Below, in pieces: positions 1 to 7,897 of a stretch of DNA of 17,636 bases (its first letter is position 1; each line of letters begins with the position of its first letter). The notes under the pieces were generated by a model that did no database searches, was not told the DNA's origin, and saw nothing but the letters and a program-made list of their open reading frames with translations. Source of the DNA: Candidatus Fervidifonticultor quintus (lineage in GTDB: Bacteria > Sysuimicrobiota > Sysuimicrobiia > Sysuimicrobiales > Humicultoraceae); NCBI GenBank assembly GCA_031459535.1, contig JAVKIJ010000070.1, positions 1-17,636 of the forward strand, read 5' to 3'. The position numbers and the translations under genes are program-made.

Positions 1-480
1 CTCGATGAGGCCGCCGTGCTGGCCCGGTTCCTCGACCGGTTCGACGAGGCGATCGGCCCCGACCTGCGGGCGGCCGCCAGGGCCCGCGGGCTCTCCCTTC
101 ACCAGCTGCTCACGGTGGCGTCCATGGTGGAGCGGGAAGCTCGGGCTCCGGATGAGCGACCGGTGGTCGCTGCGGTGATCTACAACCGCCTGGCGCGGGG
201 CATGCGCCTGGAAATTGACGCCACGGTGCTGTACGCGATGGGGACCCACAAGCCGTCTCTGACGGCCGCCGACCTGGCAGTGGACTCGCCCTACAACACC
301 TATCGCCGCGAAGGCCTGCCTCCCGGGCCGATTGCCAATCCAGGCCTGGCGGCGATTGCGGCCGCGGCGTCCCCGGCTGATGTGCCGTACCTGTACTACG
401 TCCTGCGGCCCGACGGGCGCCACCATTTCAGTCGCACCCTAGAGGAACACCTGGACGCAGTGCGCCGGTATCGGCCGTGA
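1..480 (+). CDS. mltG: Endolytic transglycosylase MltG (YceG family), 5'-truncated by window edge
   Basis: Frame is open from base 1. Motifs ASMVERE (catalytic Glu), IYNRL, DATVLY, SPYNTY and GLPPGPIANPG are typical of the MltG C-terminus. Confidence 0.93.
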   Translation, partial: LDEAAVLARFLDRFDEAIGPDLRAAARARGLSLHQLLTVASMVEREARAPDERPVVAAVIYNRLARGMRLEIDATVLYAMGTHKPSLTAADLAVDSPYNTYRREGLPPGPIANPGLAAIAAAASPADVPYLYYVLRPDGRHHFSRTLEEHLDAVRRYRP

Positions 481-1007
481 TCGCTTCACTCCGCCTGCTC
501 GCGCCCCGCTACGCGGTGCGCCGGGTTACAGACCTCTCTCCGGCGCTGCTGCGGGCGTGGAGGATCGATGCGCTCATGCTGGACCTGGACAACACGCTGG
601 TGGCATGGGCAGAGGCTGCGGCGCCTGCCGTGGTCTGCGCCTGGGTGGCCGAGCTCCGGCAGGCCGGCATCCGCGCCTGCATCGTCTCTAACAACCTCTC
701 GGGGCGAGTGCGCACAGTGGCGGCACAACTGCAGCTCCCCGCCGCCGAGGGCCGCTTCAAGCCCAGCGCCGACAAGCTGCGGCGCGCCCTGCGCATTCTG
801 GGGTCAGCGCCGGAGCGGACGGCTATGGTCGGCGATCAGATCTTCACCGACGTGCTGGCCGGCAACCGGCTTGGCGTCCCCACGATTCTCACCGAACCGC
901 TGGGTCCCCAAGAACCGATGCGCATCCGCATGCTGCGCCGCATTGAGCACGTGTTGATGGCGCTGATGGCCCGGCGTGGGCTCGTCCCTCGCGGGCTCGA
1001 TGTCTGA
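477..1007 (+). CDS. yqeG: YqeG-family HAD IIIA phosphatase
   Basis: HAD motif I DLDNTL, motif II IVSNN, KP, motif IV GDQIFTDV. GTGA overlap with the mltG stop. Confidence 0.85.
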   Translation: MIASLRLLAPRYAVRRVTDLSPALLRAWRIDALMLDLDNTLVAWAEAAAPAVVCAWVAELRQAGIRACIVSNNLSGRVRTVAAQLQLPAAEGRFKPSADKLRRALRILGSAPERTAMVGDQIFTDVLAGNRLGVPTILTEPLGPQEPMRIRMLRRIEHVLMALMARRGLVPRGLDV

Positions 1008-1027
1008 CCATTCCCTGGCGCGGGCAT
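1002..1027 (+). promoter_or_regulatory. Putative SigB/SigF-type promoter GTCTGA-N14-GGGCAT upstream of the HD-GYP gene
   Basis: GTCTGA at 1002-1007, 14-nt spacer, GGGCAT at 1022-1027. Same motif and spacing recur at five other gene starts in this window. Confidence 0.65.
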
Positions 1028-1063
1028 AGTTATCATCGCGCTGGCTTCATCCTCGGAGGACGC

Positions 1064-2677
1064 ATGCGCCCGGCCGGTGAGATCGAGTGGTGGCCCTTGT
1101 ACGTTCGGGGTTTCGTCGCCCTCTTCGGCCTCTCCGCGCTGATCCTGAGCGAACCGGCCCAGGCGGTGCTCCCGCCGGCGGCACCGCTGGCGCTGTTGGG
1201 CCTGATGCTGAGCACGGGCCTGCTGAGTGTCCTGGCGCAGCGGCGGCTGCCGGGGCCTCATGTGTCCAGTCTGGTCGGGGTGGTCTTCGAGCTGGCCATC
1301 GTGTCGCTCCTGGTCTACGAGACCGGCGGTGCGGCCAGCTTCTTCCTTTTCCTGTACGTGCCCGTGCTGCTGTGGGGCTCGGCCGGCCGCGGGCTCATCG
1401 CGGGTGTGGTCGGCGGCTGGGTCGCCGCGATCGGCTTTACGATCGCCGTCGCCCTGCGGGCCGAGTTGCCGGCGGATGCGCTGCCGCGGGCGGCGCTGTT
1501 GGCCATGGTCGGGTTTGTGGTCGGTCTCATCGAGCAGCGGCGGCTGGACGCGGAGGCGGCTGCCATGCGCGGAGCCCACGAGCTCACCCGTCAGGCACGC
1601 CTCTGGGCCGAAATCCATGCGGCGCTGACGGAGATGGTGCCTCTCGACCTGCGCGTACGTGCCCGGGTCCTGCTCGAGCGGTGTCAGCGGCTGGCCAATG
1701 CCGACCACGGGCTGGTGGCCGTGCTGGACATTGAGGATCGATTGGTGGTCGAGGCCGCCATTCCCGCGCCAGGCAGCGAACGCCAGCGCGGCGAGGTGCT
1801 GCCCAAGACCGCGGTCATCGAGGAGACTCTGCGCTCGGGCCTGCCGCACCGGACGGTGGAGGCCCAGGGCGACGCCGGGTGGGCGGCGGCGTTCGGCCCG
1901 GATGCCACGGGCAGCGCGCTGGTGCTGCCGTGTCGGTAGGTGGACGGGACGTTCGCGATCGTGTACCTGGCCCGCCAGGATGTCCGACTCTACGGCGACG
2001 ACGAGCTGAATGCGGTCACGACCCTGGTGGATGCCGGGGCGGTCCTCTTGCACGACGCGCGCATGCAGGCCGCGGCCCGCGACTTCCAGCTCAGCTCTAT
2101 CAACGCCCTGGCTGCGGCGCTGGAGGCGAAGGATCCCTACACGCGAGGCCACTCGCAGCGCGTGGCCAGCAACGCGACGGCCATTGCCACTGAGCTCGGC
2201 CTCTCTGCCGCCGAGATCGAACGCATCCGTTGGGCCAGCCTGCTCCACGACATCGGCAAGATCGCCACGCCCGAGCACATCCTCCACAAACGCGGCCCCC
2301 TCTCCGACGACGAGCGTGCGGTCATGAGCATGCATCCCGAACGGGGGGCCAACATCCTCAAGCAGATGGCGCCGTTCCGGCCGTTCGTGGAGTATGTCCG
2401 CTCTCATCAGGAGGCCTACGACGGTAGCGGGTATCCCGAGGGCCTGGCCGGCGACGCCATCCCCATGGGCGCCCGCATCATCCGGGTCGCAGACACGTTC
2501 GATGCCATAATCTCCGACCGACCCTACCAGCGAGGCCGCTCCGTAGAGGAAGCCATCGAGGCGCTGCGCCAGTTGGCTGGCACCGAACTCGACCCGAGGC
2601 TGGTGGACGTGTTCATTCGGATCCTGAAGCAGAAGCCGCCGTTCGAGGTGCAGTTGCGGATGTGGCGGGAACGGTAG
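1064..2677 (+). pseudogene. Membrane-GAF-HD-GYP c-di-GMP phosphodiesterase interrupted by in-frame TAG at 1937-1939 (nonsense allele, sequencing error or read-through)
   Basis: ORFs 1064-1939 and 1940-2677 are in one frame with only the stop codon between them. The stop falls inside a GAF domain (SALVLP...FAIVYLAR...DELNAVTTL). N-terminus has about 5 hydrophobic helices. C-terminus has EAKDPYTRGHS, HDIGK, HQEAYDGSGYP and ADTFDA...RPY. SD GGAGG precedes 1064. Confidence 0.75.
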
Positions 2678-2679
2678 GT

Positions 2680-3654
2680 TCAGAGATCCTGCGCGCTGGC
2701 GGCGGCAGCGATGGTGTTCCGTCCCGAGCGGGCCCGCGCCAGGGCCTCTTCGGCTCGCGCGAGCAGGGTCTGCTCGTCCTCGCCATCCCGCGGATAACAG
2801 GCCAAGCCGATGCTCACGGTCCGCGTGGTCGGGAAGGGGTGATCCGGCAGGACGAACGCCGTGCGCTCGACGACCCCCCGCAGCCGCTCAGCCATGGCGA
2901 TGGCGCCCTCGAGCGAGGTCTCGGGCAAGATGATCCCGAAGCGCCCGCCGCCCAGCGAGGTACGTACGTCCACCTGTCTCATCCACCGCGTCATGATGTC
3001 GACCAGTTGGAGCAGCAGAGCCTGCTGGTCGGCCTCGACGAGCACGTCGTCGAGCTCTTCGCTCTCATCGAGGGCGATCAGCCCGATGGTGCACGTCCTG
3101 CCGAACCGGCGGCTGCGCTGGATCTCGCGATGCACGGCGGCGCCGAAGTAGTTGCTGTTGAACAGGCCCGTGACCGGATCAACCAGGACCTGTCTGCGGG
3201 CCTGTTCGCGCAGGTCGTCGAGTCGCTTCTGGACGGCCAGCGTCCGCCGATCGCGCTGCAGCTCGTGCCGACGGATGGCCTCGAGCACGCCCACGGAGAT
3301 CATGCCGGTCAGGAACGTCCCCACGTCGGGGTCTGCGGTCCCGCCGGAGCCGCCGGTCAACAGGTCCAGGAGCGCCGGCTTGATCTGGAGCAGCACCCGG
3401 ATGACTTCGTCCAGGGGGATCTGGAGGGCGAACGCCTCCTGACTCAGGCGCCCGGCGAAGTCGGCAAAGGCCTCGGGCTGGCCGCTGGCCGTCGCGTGGG
3501 CCAGGGCGTCCACGCCGGCCTGCAGGCGCGGCCCGGTGCGGTCGGCGTCACGCCACAGCGGATGCAGATCGGGGATGTCGGACAGGCGCCGGCCCCACTG
3601 GGCTGCCAGGCGCCGGCGGTGGACGCGGATCTGTTCGACGGTCGAAGACCGCAT
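2680..3654 (-). CDS. Degenerate GGDEF-domain protein with N-terminal helical (RsbRD_N/globin-like) domain
   Basis: DPVTGLFN start of GGDEF fold, RQVD I-site, active site SLGGGRF instead of RYGG[DE]EF, TVSIGLACYP. Start placed at ATG 3654 behind a G-rich SD; the ORF-track GTG at 3711 is less likely. N-domain call is tentative. Confidence 0.8.
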   Translation of the reverse strand: MRSSTVEQIRVHRRRLAAQWGRRLSDIPDLHPLWRDADRTGPRLQAGVDALAHATASGQPEAFADFAGRLSQEAFALQIPLDEVIRVLLQIKPALLDLLTGGSGGTADPDVGTFLTGMISVGVLEAIRRHELQRDRRTLAVQKRLDDLREQARRQVLVDPVTGLFNSNYFGAAVHREIQRSRRFGRTCTIGLIALDESEELDDVLVEADQQALLLQLVDIMTRWMRQVDVRTSLGGGRFGIILPETSLEGAIAMAERLRGVVERTAFVLPDHPFPTTRTVSIGLACYPRDGEDEQTLLARAEEALARARSGRNTIAAAASAQDL

Positions 3655-3770
3655 GACTGCCCCCGCAGTAGCGTTTCTCAGAGTAGTATGCCCATCTCCT
3701 GTCGCGATCACCGCACCACACAGGACGATGGCGGCACCCGGCGAACTGAATAGGCACCCGGTTGACGATC

Positions 3771-4130
3771 ATGAGTGTGAAACTGAAAGGCATACTCCAG
3801 GAACTGGTGGGCGACGATACGCGGGCGGTGGCGCTGTTTGGGGGTGACGGCCAGGTGATCGAGGCCGTCACGAAGAGCGGCCTCCATGACCTTGGGCCGG
3901 TGTCCGCCGATCTGGCCGCCATGCTCAAGGTCGCGGCGTACTGCGCGCGCAAGCTGGACGGCGGCGACCTGGACCACGTGACCATGACCACCGACAACGT
4001 GGCCGTGCTCGCCGTCTCGGTGGGCCCGGCGCACTACCTGGTCACGGTTCTGGACGCCGGCGGCAACCTGGCGCGCGCGCGCGTCCAGATTCGGCGCCGG
4101 AAGGCGGAGATCACCGAGGAGCTCTCATGA
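3771..4130 (+). CDS. Roadblock/LC7 (MglB-like) domain protein
   Basis: About 119 aa with pattern [12 protein letters not shown]...[21 protein letters not shown]...GNLARAR, typical of Roadblock/LC7. Confidence 0.8.
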   Translation: MSVKLKGILQELVGDDTRAVALFGGDGQVIEAVTKSGLHDLGPVSADLAAMLKVAAYCARKLDGGDLDHVTMTTDNVAVLAVSVGPAHYLVTVLDAGGNLARARVQIRRRKAEITEELS

Positions 4131-5110
4131 GCGTGCGCGGCTGCGCACTCGCGGCGTCCCTGGTCCTGGCGGTGCTGGCCGGCGGCCGGCCTGCCGCCGC
4201 TTCGCCGCCGACGCTGCGCGATGGCGCTGCGGCCTACTCGCAGGGTCGCCTTGACCGCGCCCGGGCCATCTTCCATCAGGTGGCGGTCACCCGCCCCGGG
4301 GAACATCACGCCTGGTTGTGGCTGGGCGTGGTGGAGTTCCAGAGGAAGGACTATGGGAGGGCCGAGCAGGCGTTCGGTCGCGCGGCGCATCTGGCGCCGC
4401 AGGATGCTTCTGTGCACCTCTGGTGGGGCCACAGCCTCGCAAAGCTCCAGCGACCCGAGGAAGCGGCCCGGGCGTTCGAGCGGGCCCTGCTCGCCCGTGG
4501 CAGTCTGAAAGTGTATGACCTGGCCCAGCAGGCCCTGCGCGCGATGCGGCCGCTGCCCGCTCTGCCAGTCGCGGGGCCGGTCGGTCAGCCGTCCAGGTCT
4601 GGGCCCGCGGCTCCGGCCTGGGTACTGAACCTTGACAGCTACCGCACCCTGGCCAAGCACTACAACTCGTCACTGTCCGTCGTCGAGTCCGATGCCATCG
4701 CCAGGGCGATCCTGGGGTACAGCCGGCACTTCAATCTGGACCCACGGTTGGTGGTGGCGCTGATCGCCGTCGAGTCAGGATTCCAGCCCAGGGCGCTGTC
4801 CCGCGCAGGTGCCATGGGGTTGGGGCAACTGATGCCGGGGACGGCGCGGGCGCTTGGCGTCAATCCGTGGGACCCGGTCCAGAACGTCTACGGCGCCATC
4901 AGGTATCTGCGCGGAAACCTCGACCAGTTTGGATGGGGCAACACGCACCTGGCTCTGGCCGCCTACAACGCGGGGCGCGGGGCGGTCGAGCGGTACGAGG
5001 GCATCCCGCCTTTTGCAGAGACCCAGTGGTATGTGGCCAACGTGACGAGCCTCTATCGCCGGTTGATGGCGATCCGGGGCGAGATGTCGGAACTCCACCG
5101 CCGCCTCTGA
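4127..5110 (+). CDS. Secreted TPR-containing lytic transglycosylase (SLT domain)
   Basis: Signal-peptide-like N-terminus and about 3 TPR-like repeats. SLT motifs VESGF (catalytic Glu), [28 protein letters not shown] overlap with the upstream gene. Confidence 0.88.
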   Translation: MSVRGCALAASLVLAVLAGGRPAAASPPTLRDGAAAYSQGRLDRARAIFHQVAVTRPGEHHAWLWLGVVEFQRKDYGRAEQAFGRAAHLAPQDASVHLWWGHSLAKLQRPEEAARAFERALLARGSLKVYDLAQQALRAMRPLPALPVAGPVGQPSRSGPAAPAWVLNLDSYRTLAKHYNSSLSVVESDAIARAILGYSRHFNLDPRLVVALIAVESGFQPRALSRAGAMGLGQLMPGTARALGVNPWDPVQNVYGAIRYLRGNLDQFGWGNTHLALAAYNAGRGAVERYEGIPPFAETQWYVANVTSLYRRLMAIRGEMSELHRRL

Positions 5111-5124
5111 GAGATTTGAGGGAG

Positions 5125-5150
5125 GACTAGGCGAAGCCCCGAACGGGAAC
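5125..5150 (+). promoter_or_regulatory. Putative SigB/SigF-type promoter GACTAG-N14-GGGAAC
   Basis: GACTAG at 5125-5130, 14-nt spacer, GGGAAC at 5145-5150, upstream of the 5223-7610 gene trio. Confidence 0.6.
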
Positions 5151-5171
5151 GTAAACAGTGCAGCGGCGCAC

Positions 5172-5211
5172 GCCGAGCGGGCAGCCGAGAGGGCTGCTCG
5201 CGGCCTTTCCT
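5172..5211 (+). terminator. GC-rich hairpin with weak pyrimidine tail (terminator or leader attenuator)
   Basis: GCGGGCAGCC (5177-5186) pairs with GGCTGCTCGC (5192-5201), extendable to 5172/5204, followed by CTTTCCT. Confidence 0.4.
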
Positions 5212-5222
5212 CTGGGCGGTAG

Positions 5223-6041
5223 GTGAGAGACCTGATCGAGACCCGGCGCCAGATCCTCGACACGTTGCGTGCCGGCCCGGCGCTCTTCGGCGGCTTGCCC
5301 GGTGACCTGGTAGACCTGGAGCGCCTGGCGGCGCACCTGGCACGTCGCGGTGTCCACGCTGCAGTCCACGTGTCTGACGGCACGTCGGACGGCGTCCTGT
5401 GGATCGAGGATGGTGGGCCAGCGGAGACGTGGTTCTTCGAAACCGGGGGCCCGGAGGCTGTCTTCCCATTTTCGGAAGGCCGGGACCTGCTCCGCCAGAT
5501 CGTTGCGCGCGGCGGCACGGTCAGCGTGTACGTCCGACCCGCGCAGGTGCCCACCGCCAGCCGGATGGCGCAGTTCCGCACGGTCATCGCCGAGCCGCCG
5601 GCCCCACCGCCCACGCCGGCAGAGCCCGAACCGATGCCCGCTCCGCACGCGCCCATCGAGGAAGCGCCCGAGGTCGAGGGCGCGTCCGAGGTCGAAGCCG
5701 GGCAGTCCGCTGAACCTCCGCGGGGAGGGGTCCAGATGGAGCCACCATCGCACCCGTGGCCCGGTATCCTGGCCGAGCTGCTGGTGCGCGTCGAGCGGTC
5801 TCGGGGCCCGCGTCTGGCAACCCTGTACCGCAACGCCCTGGCGAAGGCGCTGTCGGAGCACGGTGGGAGGCTCGAAGAGGACCGGATCATCGCGCCGCCG
5901 CTCTCAGAGTCGGTCTGGCGGCAGGTCGTTGAGAGGGGTTGCGAACCCATCGTGTTGATCGCGGGGCGCGCATTCCTCGACCGGATGATCGCCGCGTCCG
6001 AGCGACACGTGGTGGACCGCGACGCGGCCGCAGGGGAGTGA
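5223..6041 (+). CDS. Hypothetical protein, N-terminal PATAN/DUF4388-like domain, Pro/Glu-rich linker, helical C-terminal domain
   Basis: Operon-like spacing to the next gene. N-terminal GLPGDLVDLERLAAHL..RG...VHV.....GVLWIEDG resembles the PATAN/DUF4388 pattern (by eye only). Confidence 0.55.
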   Translation: MRDLIETRRQILDTLRAGPALFGGLPGDLVDLERLAAHLARRGVHAAVHVSDGTSDGVLWIEDGGPAETWFFETGGPEAVFPFSEGRDLLRQIVARGGTVSVYVRPAQVPTASRMAQFRTVIAEPPAPPPTPAEPEPMPAPHAPIEEAPEVEGASEVEAGQSAEPPRGGVQMEPPSHPWPGILAELLVRVERSRGPRLATLYRNALAKALSEHGGRLEEDRIIAPPLSESVWRQVVERGCEPIVLIAGRAFLDRMIAASERHVVDRDAAAGE

Positions 6042-6043
6042 CG

Positions 6044-6826
6044 ATGGCCAGGAATTCACGGACGATGGTGCTGGTGACCGTGGGGCTGTTGGCCTTGGCC
6101 ACGCTGTATGCGTATGGCAGCGAGGGAAGCTCGTCGCGGGATGGCGCGGTCCGCCACATGCTGGCGACCGCTTTGCAGATCCTCGCACCATTGGCGGCCG
6201 GGCTGGGGTGCTGGGAGGCGACGAAGGCTTACTCCCCCGGTGATCGCGAGCGCGTGGTGTGGGCCATGGGCGCTGCGGCGGCGCTGGCCTGGACGTCGGG
6301 TCGCCTGGTCTTCGCTGCTCACCGGTGGACGGGGGGTTCGTCGCCGCCATACCCGTCCGTCGCCGACGGGTTCTTCGTGGCGTTCTACGTGCTGCTGGCA
6401 GTGGCCCTGCTGTTGGAGATCCGACTAGTGCTGCCCATGGTGGACCGGTCCGCCCGCCTGCTCCTGGTCGCCGTGGGCGTGCTGGGGTGGACCGTGAGTT
6501 TCGTCTACGTGCTCCGCCCGATCGTCATGGGTCCGGCAGCACCCCTGCAGAAGATCCTGGCAGCCTTCTACCCGACGGTGGCGATGTTCCTGATACCGGC
6601 GGGCCTGATGCCGGCTCTGGGATTCCGTGGAGGCATCTCGGCATATCCCTGGCTGGTCGTGGCGGCTGCCGCGCTGTGCCTGGCCGCCGCCAGCCTGGGC
6701 TACGCGTTCCTGACGTGGTACAACCTCTATTCCGACGTGCACGTCGTCAACGCCCTCTGGGTGGCGGGCTTCGTCTTCCTGGCCCTGGGCGGATTCTGGC
6801 AGCGGACCGTGCAGGAGGAGACGTAG
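6044..6826 (+). CDS. Multi-pass membrane protein resembling a stand-alone membrane sensor domain
   Basis: About 8 hydrophobic segments. W...G....W..G.......PYPSVADGFF..FY motif is seen in N-terminal membrane sensors of GGDEF/kinase proteins. SD GGGGAG precedes ATG 6044. Confidence 0.7.
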   Translation: MARNSRTMVLVTVGLLALATLYAYGSEGSSSRDGAVRHMLATALQILAPLAAGLGCWEATKAYSPGDRERVVWAMGAAAALAWTSGRLVFAAHRWTGGSSPPYPSVADGFFVAFYVLLAVALLLEIRLVLPMVDRSARLLLVAVGVLGWTVSFVYVLRPIVMGPAAPLQKILAAFYPTVAMFLIPAGLMPALGFRGGISAYPWLVVAAAALCLAAASLGYAFLTWYNLYSDVHVVNALWVAGFVFLALGGFWQRTVQEET

Positions 6827-6827
6827 G

Positions 6828-7610
6828 GTGATCGCGCACTACGTCTGGCCCGAGGGGCTGGCTGTGGTGGTGGAGGCGGCGTCCGGCCGCGCCGCCACCG
6901 TGTTCGAACCCACAGGATGGCGGCATGGCGATCCGCGTCTGCTGTTGCCGGACGGCCCGCCGCCCGATGCCGACAGTGTGGCTCTCTCGCTGCCCTCGTG
7001 GTTGACCGAGGCGATCGTGCCTCTCGATGTGAGTCTGGGCGGTCTGCACACCGAGTTCGTGAACCTGGGCCGGATGATCTCGCGGCTGCAGGCAGCGGCA
7101 ACAGACGGCGTGCTGCTGGTTCTGGGGCCGCGACCGGTTGCGGCGGCGCTCAAAGGCGGAGCGCTGCGGAGCCTGCTGCCCGACGGCGGTTCGGCGGCGC
7201 CGGCCCCGGTCGACGTGGACCAGGCAGACGGATGGATCCTCTTCCTCAACGGATCTGTGGAGGTGCCGCGCGATGAGCGCGATGGCGCGAAGCCTGTAGA
7301 GCCTGTAGAAACGTCACCGCCGGTCAGCACGGCGCGCGAAGGGCCGAGCGAGCGCTATCTGATCGCGCTGGGCGCGCTTGGCGCCCTCCCCGAGGACGTC
7401 CGGGCCGCAATCGTCGCCGAAGGTGGGGAGGCAGGGATGGCCGTCCCGCCTTTGCTCGACGGCAACCGCTCTCTGCTCGAGGTCGCACAGGCCACCGGCT
7501 TGCGCGAAGAGCAGGTGATGGCGATCGTCAGGCTGCTTGCGGCGCGAAAGCTGGCGTTCCGGTACGTGGCCCGTGCCCGGGCGGCCGCGCGGCCGGGCGC
7601 CAGGGAGTGA
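6828..7610 (+). CDS. Hypothetical protein, PATAN/DUF4388-like core plus C-terminal winged helix
   Basis: GGLHTEFVNLGRMISRL....DGVLLV segment is similar to the 5223 protein. C-terminal LLDGNRSLLEVAQATGLREEQVMAIVRLL is wHTH-like. SD GGAGGAG upstream. Confidence 0.6.
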   Translation: MIAHYVWPEGLAVVVEAASGRAATVFEPTGWRHGDPRLLLPDGPPPDADSVALSLPSWLTEAIVPLDVSLGGLHTEFVNLGRMISRLQAAATDGVLLVLGPRPVAAALKGGALRSLLPDGGSAAPAPVDVDQADGWILFLNGSVEVPRDERDGAKPVEPVETSPPVSTAREGPSERYLIALGALGALPEDVRAAIVAEGGEAGMAVPPLLDGNRSLLEVAQATGLREEQVMAIVRLLAARKLAFRYVARARAAARPGARE

Positions 7611-7634
7611 AGGCCCGCCCAGACGTTTGGGGAT

Positions 7635-7660
7635 GTCTAACGCGCGAGCAATCTGGGTAC
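7635..7660 (+). promoter_or_regulatory. Putative autoregulatory SigB/SigF-type promoter GTCTAA-N14-GGGTAC
   Basis: One mismatch per box to the B. subtilis SigB consensus GTTTAA-N12-14-GGGTAT. Lies upstream of the riboswitch and sigma gene. Confidence 0.7.
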
Positions 7661-7700
7661 TAGATTTTACACAGACCTGGCGTTAAGGTTCTCGACGGTC

Positions 7701-7706
7701 TATAGT
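7701..7706 (+). promoter_or_regulatory. Possible sigma70-type -10 box TATAGT (second promoter for the sigma gene)
   Basis: 5/6 match to TATAAT in an AT-richer intergenic stretch; no convincing -35. Confidence 0.3.
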
Positions 7707-7753
7707 AAAGAGGCTCGGACGACGTAGCGGTCGAGAGCCACAAGTTCATATCG

Positions 7754-7836
7754 TCCTCGATAAAGGCAAACCCATCGCGAGATGGGGGCGCAAAGCTTCG
7801 GGACCAGGTGTCTGGTTGGCCGGGCTGCCGAAGGGA
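7754..7836 (+). ncRNA. c-di-GMP-I (GEMM-I) riboswitch aptamer
   Basis: CGATAAAGGCAAACCCATC-GCGA-GATGGGGGCGCAAAGC...GGCCGGGCTGCCGAAGGGA. Has GGCAAACC, a GNRA-capped P2, GCAAAGC and 3' GCCGA. The G20-equivalent is G, indicating c-di-GMP rather than 3',3'-cGAMP. Confidence 0.93.
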
Positions 7837-7844
7837 GTGCAGCG

Positions 7845-7883
7845 ATCAGCCTCTTGGGGCAGCCCGAGAGGCTGGTTCGTTTT
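7845..7883 (+). terminator. Riboswitch expression-platform intrinsic terminator
   Basis: 14-bp stem ATCAGCCTCTTGGG / CCCGAGAGGCTGGT (2 G-U pairs), loop GCAG, tail TCGTTTT. Confidence 0.8.
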
Positions 7884-7897
7884 CCTGGGGAGGCGCC

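Noticed and set aside
5128-5191. Possible second c-di-GMP-I aptamer (GGCGAAGCCC...GGGAACGTAAAC...GCCGA)
   Set aside because: P3 cannot pair and core motifs are degenerate. The 5' half is better explained as the GACTAG-N14-GGGAAC promoter.
7293-7309. Short coding tandem repeats (CCTGTAGA x2 giving PVEPVE; also RAAEK x2 at 14394-14432)
   Set aside because: In-frame duplications in low-complexity linkers. Not CRISPR-like or phase-variable tracts.
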